A stretch of 61,974 nucleotides of DNA, filler included. It is 11 parts of 11 records of this genome, joined end to end, with 100 filler letters (N's around TTAATTAATTAA, not from the genome) between each part and the next. Parts side by side here need not be neighbours in the genome. Positions count along the whole stretch, not along the records: positions 52,476 to 61,974 come from SRR7504441_3093; 10 more parts are not named here. One strand, given 5' to 3'. The notes beneath the pieces are model-generated. The model made no database searches. It had not been told where the DNA came from and was given only the letters and a program-made list of their open reading frames with translations. A program made the position numbers and the translations under genes. Positions 57,164-61,974 of the stretch are shown in pieces. The first letter of the stretch is position 1, and each line of letters starts with the position of its first letter.

Positions 57164-58636
57164 CTAGTAGCCTAGCATTGTCCACAGCCCTCCGCTCTTG
57201 CTACTCTGAGCTTCTTGTGACCCACCTTTCGTGGAGTCCGTCACATCTGGCGCTTGCTTGGCATTTGGCTCCTCTCCTTCCGTCGCCTCGCCACTTGCTG
57301 CATCATGAAACTGGTCGGACCCCTCTGGACCGTCCTCGCCCCTGGCCAGCCGCCGGACCAACCCAATCGCCGCCTTCTTGACGGCAAAATCATGATCCTT
57401 CTGCATCGCCTCCAGTCGCGAGCCCACTGCCGCCAGCTGTGCCCGGTTGCACTGCCCAAGACACTCGAGTGCTGCAAACCGCACTCGGCCATGGCTGTCT
57501 TCTAGCCGGGCCGCCACCAGATCTATCAGCTCCAGGTTGGCTGGCAAGGCCTTGCTGAATACAGCTATCACTGCGCTGCGACACTGCCACGCCGCGTCCT
57601 CCAGCCCAGGCCGCAGCAGGTCCAGCCGCCCCGCCAGCCCGGCCGGATCCCGCCCGAGCGTGATGAGCGCTTCCTTGCGCACATGCCAAGCCGGGTGTGC
57701 CAACAGCCCGACAGCGCGCTCTGCAGCCAGCTCTGCATCCAGCCGTCCAAGCAGTACAAGTCCTGCGTGCGCCACCTCCGGGCTCGGATCCTCCGTCATC
57801 TCCGCCACCGCCGGGCCGTGCGCGGCCGTGGCCAGCTTGCCCAGCGCCAGGAGCGCCTTCAGCCGCACTTCGGCGGAGCTGTGCTCCAGCATTCGCTCGA
57901 CTGCTGCTGCATGCCCTGCCTGCGCCGCCGAGGCATCCAGCCTGGCCAACACAACCAGCGCTGCCTTGAGCACCGCCGCGCTGGCCTGGGGCTCATCCAG
58001 CACCGCCCCGACAGTCGGCGCGTGTGCGGATAGCGCGTCCGGCTCGAGGTTCCCGAGAGCCAGCAGAGCCATGCACTTGACCTCCGGCCTCACATCCCTC
58101 AACATACCAGCCAGCCGATCAGCCGCCTCGGCCAGACCAGCCGGCTCGAGCCGGGCGAGCACCTGCAGCGCGGTGCAACGGACCTGCCAGGCTGGATCCT
58201 CCAGCCGGGCGAGCACCGGCCGCACGTGCCCGGCCAGCGTGGCCGGCTCGAGCTGTCGGAGGACGGTGAGCGCGGCCAGCCGGCAGCCGGGGCTCTCGCT
58301 CTCCAGCTGCTCGACCACCGCCTCCAGCCGATTGCTCAGCGCGGGCGGATCCAGCTTGGCGGCCACCGCTAGCGCCTTGGCTCGGACCGTTGCGTCCAGG
58401 TCAGCGATCAGGCCCAGGATGGGCTCGGCGTGCGCGTCCAGCTGCTCGCGGTCGAGCCGCTCGAGCAAGGTGAGGGCCTGCTTGCGCACCGCTGGGGACG
58501 GGTCCGGAAGGGCAGCGAGGACAGCCTGGATGTGCAGGAGGAGGTCGCGCGAGGGGCGTCGGGAGAGGCTCTCAAGGGCCTGGAGCCGAACGGCGGACGG
58601 CTGGTCCGGCTGGAGCTGTGAGATGATCTGGGACAT
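57164..58636 (-). CDS. HEAT-repeat protein, intronless
   Basis: About 11 repeats of LxDxxxxVRxxALxxLxxL. Confidence 0.8.
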   Translation of the reverse strand: MSQIISQLQPDQPSAVRLQALESLSRRPSRDLLLHIQAVLAALPDPSPAVRKQALTLLERLDREQLDAHAEPILGLIADLDATVRAKALAVAAKLDPPALSNRLEAVVEQLESESPGCRLAALTVLRQLEPATLAGHVRPVLARLEDPAWQVRCTALQVLARLEPAGLAEAADRLAGMLRDVRPEVKCMALLALGNLEPDALSAHAPTVGAVLDEPQASAAVLKAALVVLARLDASAAQAGHAAAVERMLEHSSAEVRLKALLALGKLATAAHGPAVAEMTEDPSPEVAHAGLVLLGRLDAELAAERAVGLLAHPAWHVRKEALITLGRDPAGLAGRLDLLRPGLEDAAWQCRSAVIAVFSKALPANLELIDLVAARLEDSHGRVRFAALECLGQCNRAQLAAVGSRLEAMQKDHDFAVKKAAIGLVRRLARGEDGPEGSDQFHDAASGEATEGEEPNAKQAPDVTDSTKGGSQEAQSSKSGGLWTMLGY

Positions 58637-58777
58637 GGGGGCCGTGCGCGAGCCCACCATTCGCCGAGGTTGTGCGGCCAATCGTGCCCTGCCGCAGTCC
58701 TGGGGACGGGTCCGGAAGGGCAGCCGGAGCTGCGCCGCGTGGCAAACTGAACAACGGTCGTTTTGAGAGGAATTCGG

Positions 58778-60289
58778 ATGGCGGCCCAGCCCTTCTATGC
58801 CTCCCAGTTCGAGCTCTGTGACGCCGGTGCGCCCGACCAGGGCCGCAGGGGTTTTGACCGCGTGGGTGCAGCTGACAAGGGCCACGTCGAGCGGGTGACC
58901 GAGCTGATCGCACTGGGGGCCGATGTGAACGTGAAAGACTTCCTGGGGATGACTCCGCTGATGCACGCAGCCAACATGGGCCAATCCGAGATCGCGCAGG
59001 CTCTGATCGAGGCGCATGCCCAGACTGATGTGGCCGACAACGCTGGCCGGACCCCGCTGATGCTGGCGGCGGCGGGCGGCATGATTGGGGTGGTTGAGAT
59101 TCTGATCTACACCAGGATTGGGTGCCATCCTGGGCACCAGCCGAGTTGGCCGACCTGTGGGCAGGGACAAGACGGTCAATTCGGCCATCAACGAGAAGGA
59201 CAGGATCAACGGCGACACCGCGCTGATCCTGGCGGCCAAGCATGACAGCGCGGAGGTCGTCTCACTGCTGCTCGAGGCGCGAGCACTGCCCGAGGTCCGA
59301 AACGGTGTGCTCGCACGCCGTGGCCGCCGGGGTCAGGCCGGGCTGCTGGCAGATCTGAAGGAGAACGCGCAGTATGTCGCCAAGCGGCACCAGTCCAAGG
59401 CTGCGCAGGCTGTGCTTGCCAACCCGAATAGGAGTGCGAGTGCGCCAGGCTCCGAGCAAGGCGAGCGGCTGCAGGCCGACCCAGGGCTGACCAGCGGGCG
59501 CAGCGGAGAAGGAGCAAAAGGCCTTGGAGAATTTTAAGATCAAAATGCAATTGGAGTTTGATGAGCGAGCTGCCGCTCTGATAGAGCGAATCGAACGGAT
59601 GACGGAGGAACAGTTGGCGGTGCTGCGGGAGGATCTGGAGAGGCGGCGGGCCGAGATAGACGCCGACGTGGAGCGAATGATGGCGGAGATGGAGGCCAAG
59701 ATGAAGGAGGTCGGCCGAGCCTCTCGCGGCGTGCACTGACTGCCCACAGGAGCTGGACGAACAGAAGAGAGAGGCGGGCATTAGACTAGAGAAGGAAGAG
59801 GCGGCTCGCAAGGAGCAGGAGCGGGTGCGGGCGGAGCAGGAGCAGGAGCGCGAGCAGCGGATCCGGGACGCGAACGCGAGAATGCTCGCCGAGCAGCAGA
59901 AGAGGCAGGCGCTAGCGGACCACGCTCGACAGGAGGTGCGGCGCATCGCGCACAGGCGGGCGACCTGTGGCGGCAGCAAGAGAAAGCGATCCGGGAGGAG
60001 TACGACGAGAAGTTCAAGGAGCTGGAGGAGAGGCTGATGGCGAAGATGATGCAGACGTGCTGCCCCCGCTGCTGGCTGCCCTAACCGTCTGGTGCAGGAT
60101 CGACAACCAAAGGGAAGAGAACGATCGAATCATCGAGCGTGAGCGCGAAGAGAAGATGTCGGATCGGTGCGCCGCCCGGTGCGTGCCGATTCAATTGTGT
60201 GCAGGAAACACAAGCTCGAGAGCAAGCACCAGCGCGAGATTGACAGTTACATCAACCAGACTTACCCGTCATCGTATGGCAGGACTTGA
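58778..60289 (+). CDS. Ankyrin-repeat protein with charged coiled-coil C-terminus, about 8 introns
   Basis: GMTPLMHAA, GRTPLMLAA, GDTALILAA; E/R-rich tail joined by GT-AG introns. Confidence 0.85.
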
Positions 60290-60585
60290 TTGCCGCGTGT
60301 GACCGTGCTGCTAGCGCACGACATACAGCATAAGCACGACAACATCATGCACCAATTCATGATTTGCTAATTCGTGCAATACAGACCCTGCGAATGAAAC
60401 GTCGGAACGCTCAACGTTTTATGATAGTTTTATGATAACAATTTAATCTCGAGAGCGCTGCGCGTGTAGTGTGCGCGCTGTAGTCCACCAACAAAACAAC
60501 GCAACGCACATCACGCTAATTATTGAACGGAGTCTAGGCGACCCTACCTCTACCTTGGTTTACAACTCTCATAAATCGCCAGGCC

Positions 60586-61891
60586 ATGTCCCGCGTGCTG
60601 TCGCGGCTGCCCAAGCGGGTGCGGATCTTCGAAGTTGGACCGCGTGATGGGCTCCAGAACGAGAAGGCACTGCGACTGGTCTGCCCGGGCCAGCCAGCCG
60701 CAGGTGATGATCCCAGCAGCCACCAAGGTCGAGCTGATCGATCGGCTGGCCGGCACTGGACTGCAGGCGCGCCCCGCTCCTTCCCTGGGCCACAGCGGCG
60801 CAGATGATCGAGGCCACCAGCTTTGTGTCGCCCAAGTGGGTACCGCAGGTTGGGTCCAGGGCTGGGCCGGTTCGCCGAGCCTGCTGTCAGATGGGAGACA
60901 ACGCTGAGGTGATGGCCCGCATCAGCCGGGCCGACGGCGTACGCTACGCCGGGCTCACCCCAAACACCCGCGGGTGCCGCCAGGGTGCCGGGCCTGGTTG
61001 AGCGGACCGGGCAGGTACGAGGCGGCCAGGGCCGCCGGTGTGGATGAAGTGGCGGTATTCGCGGCGGCCTCGGAGAGCTTCTCCCAGAAGAACATCAACT
61101 GCAGCATCGCCAGCTCGCTCGAGCGGTTTGAGCCGTTGCTGGAGATGGCTGCCGTCGACCGGATCCCAGTACGCGGGTGCCTGGCCGCATGGCGGGCCTG
61201 AGCGCAATGGAGGTATGTCTCTTGCGTACTTGGTTGCCCGTACGAAGGACGGGTGCCACCAGAGAAAGTGGCTCAAGTCGCCAAGTGGCTTTTGGACAAA
61301 GGCTGCTACGAGGTGTGCACGCCCCAACCCGATGCCACCAGCCACCGCTCCAGGTTTCGCTTGGAGATACCATTGGAGTCGGCACACCAGGTGAGCCCAG
61401 CCCGGGCTTGCCAACACTGGGCAGCGAGCACCGGGGCAATGCTGCAAGTGCTCACGGAGCAATACAGTGCGTGCTGCCGGCCACCGGCTGGCGCAAGCTG
61501 GTCCAGGTCTGCCGGTAGAGAAGTTGGCCATCCATTGCCACAATACGTATGGACAAGCGCTCGCCAACATCTGGGAAGCACTCAAGGCGGGAGTTGGTAC
61601 AATTGATAGCTCGGTGGCCGGGCTCGGTGGCTGTCCATACGCGCCTGGGGCGCGTGGGAACGTGGCTACCGAGGATGTGCTCTACATGCTGGATGGGGCA
61701 GAGATCCAGTCGGGGGTGAGCATGGAAAAGCTTCTCGAGGTACTGTGCTTGTCATGGAGCAAGTGCCACCTACCGCATCAATTACTTTTGTGACGCAGGT
61801 GTCGCAGTTTGTGAGTAAGTTTCTCGGTCGTGAGCCCCAGTCGAATGCGGCTTGCGCCTTGCTTGCTAGCCATACTACAGAGAGCAAGTAA
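60586..61891 (+). CDS. HMGCL: Hydroxymethylglutaryl-CoA lyase, 9 introns (first two GC-AG: 60667-60703, 60767-60803)
   Basis: [82 protein letters not shown]. Confidence 0.95.
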
Positions 61892-61974
61892 ATGTTCCCA
61901 CGTGTTTACTTGAGTTCTACCTACGTGTACCTACCGGTATACTGAAATAAACCAGATTCTATTCGTGAATGGTA

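Noticed and set aside
1-61974. Alternative genetic code, tRNA/rRNA genes, transposases, viral or prophage genes
   Set aside because: TAA, TAG and TGA all terminate conserved genes normally, and only one TGA has Sec context. No RNA genes or mobile-element proteins were recognised by eye.

Overview
Eukaryotic (protist-like) genomic DNA, not prokaryotic. The window is 11 separate contigs joined by ten identical artificial 100-nt spacers (N-run, TTAATTAATTAA, N-run), so adjacency across spacers means nothing. The genome is very compact. Many genes sit head-to-head only 70-220 bp apart. GC-rich genes carry many tiny introns (about 35-57 nt), a notable fraction of them GC-AG, while other genes are almost intronless. 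Recognisable genes include HYOU1/Grp170-type Hsp70, RPS11, organellar RbfA, a CFAP298-like protein, a VTT/TVP38 protein, a histidine phosphatase, PhyH-like dioxygenases, an F-box/LRR protein, a HECT E3 ligase, proline iminopeptidase, Pol theta, a CAP protein, a kinesin, a sacsin/NOV-like ATPase, NFRKB, HEAT and ankyrin proteins, and HMG-CoA lyase. The most striking signal, missed by the ORF track, is a selenoprotein at 2134-3087. An in-frame TGA sits in a C-U-G-G-C-R-P-C motif of a thioredoxin-like domain fused to a hemerythrin domain, and a well-formed SECIS hairpin lies in the 3'UTR. Other highlights are an intron apparently born from a duplicated AGGT site around an inverted-repeat insert, a 26-nt copy of a neighbour's CDS placed antisense in a 5'UTR, a recurrent intergenic TACTCGTAC motif, and a CFAP298-ZNHIT3-like fusion. 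All family assignments come from motif recognition by eye. No searches were run, and exon boundaries are manual predictions.
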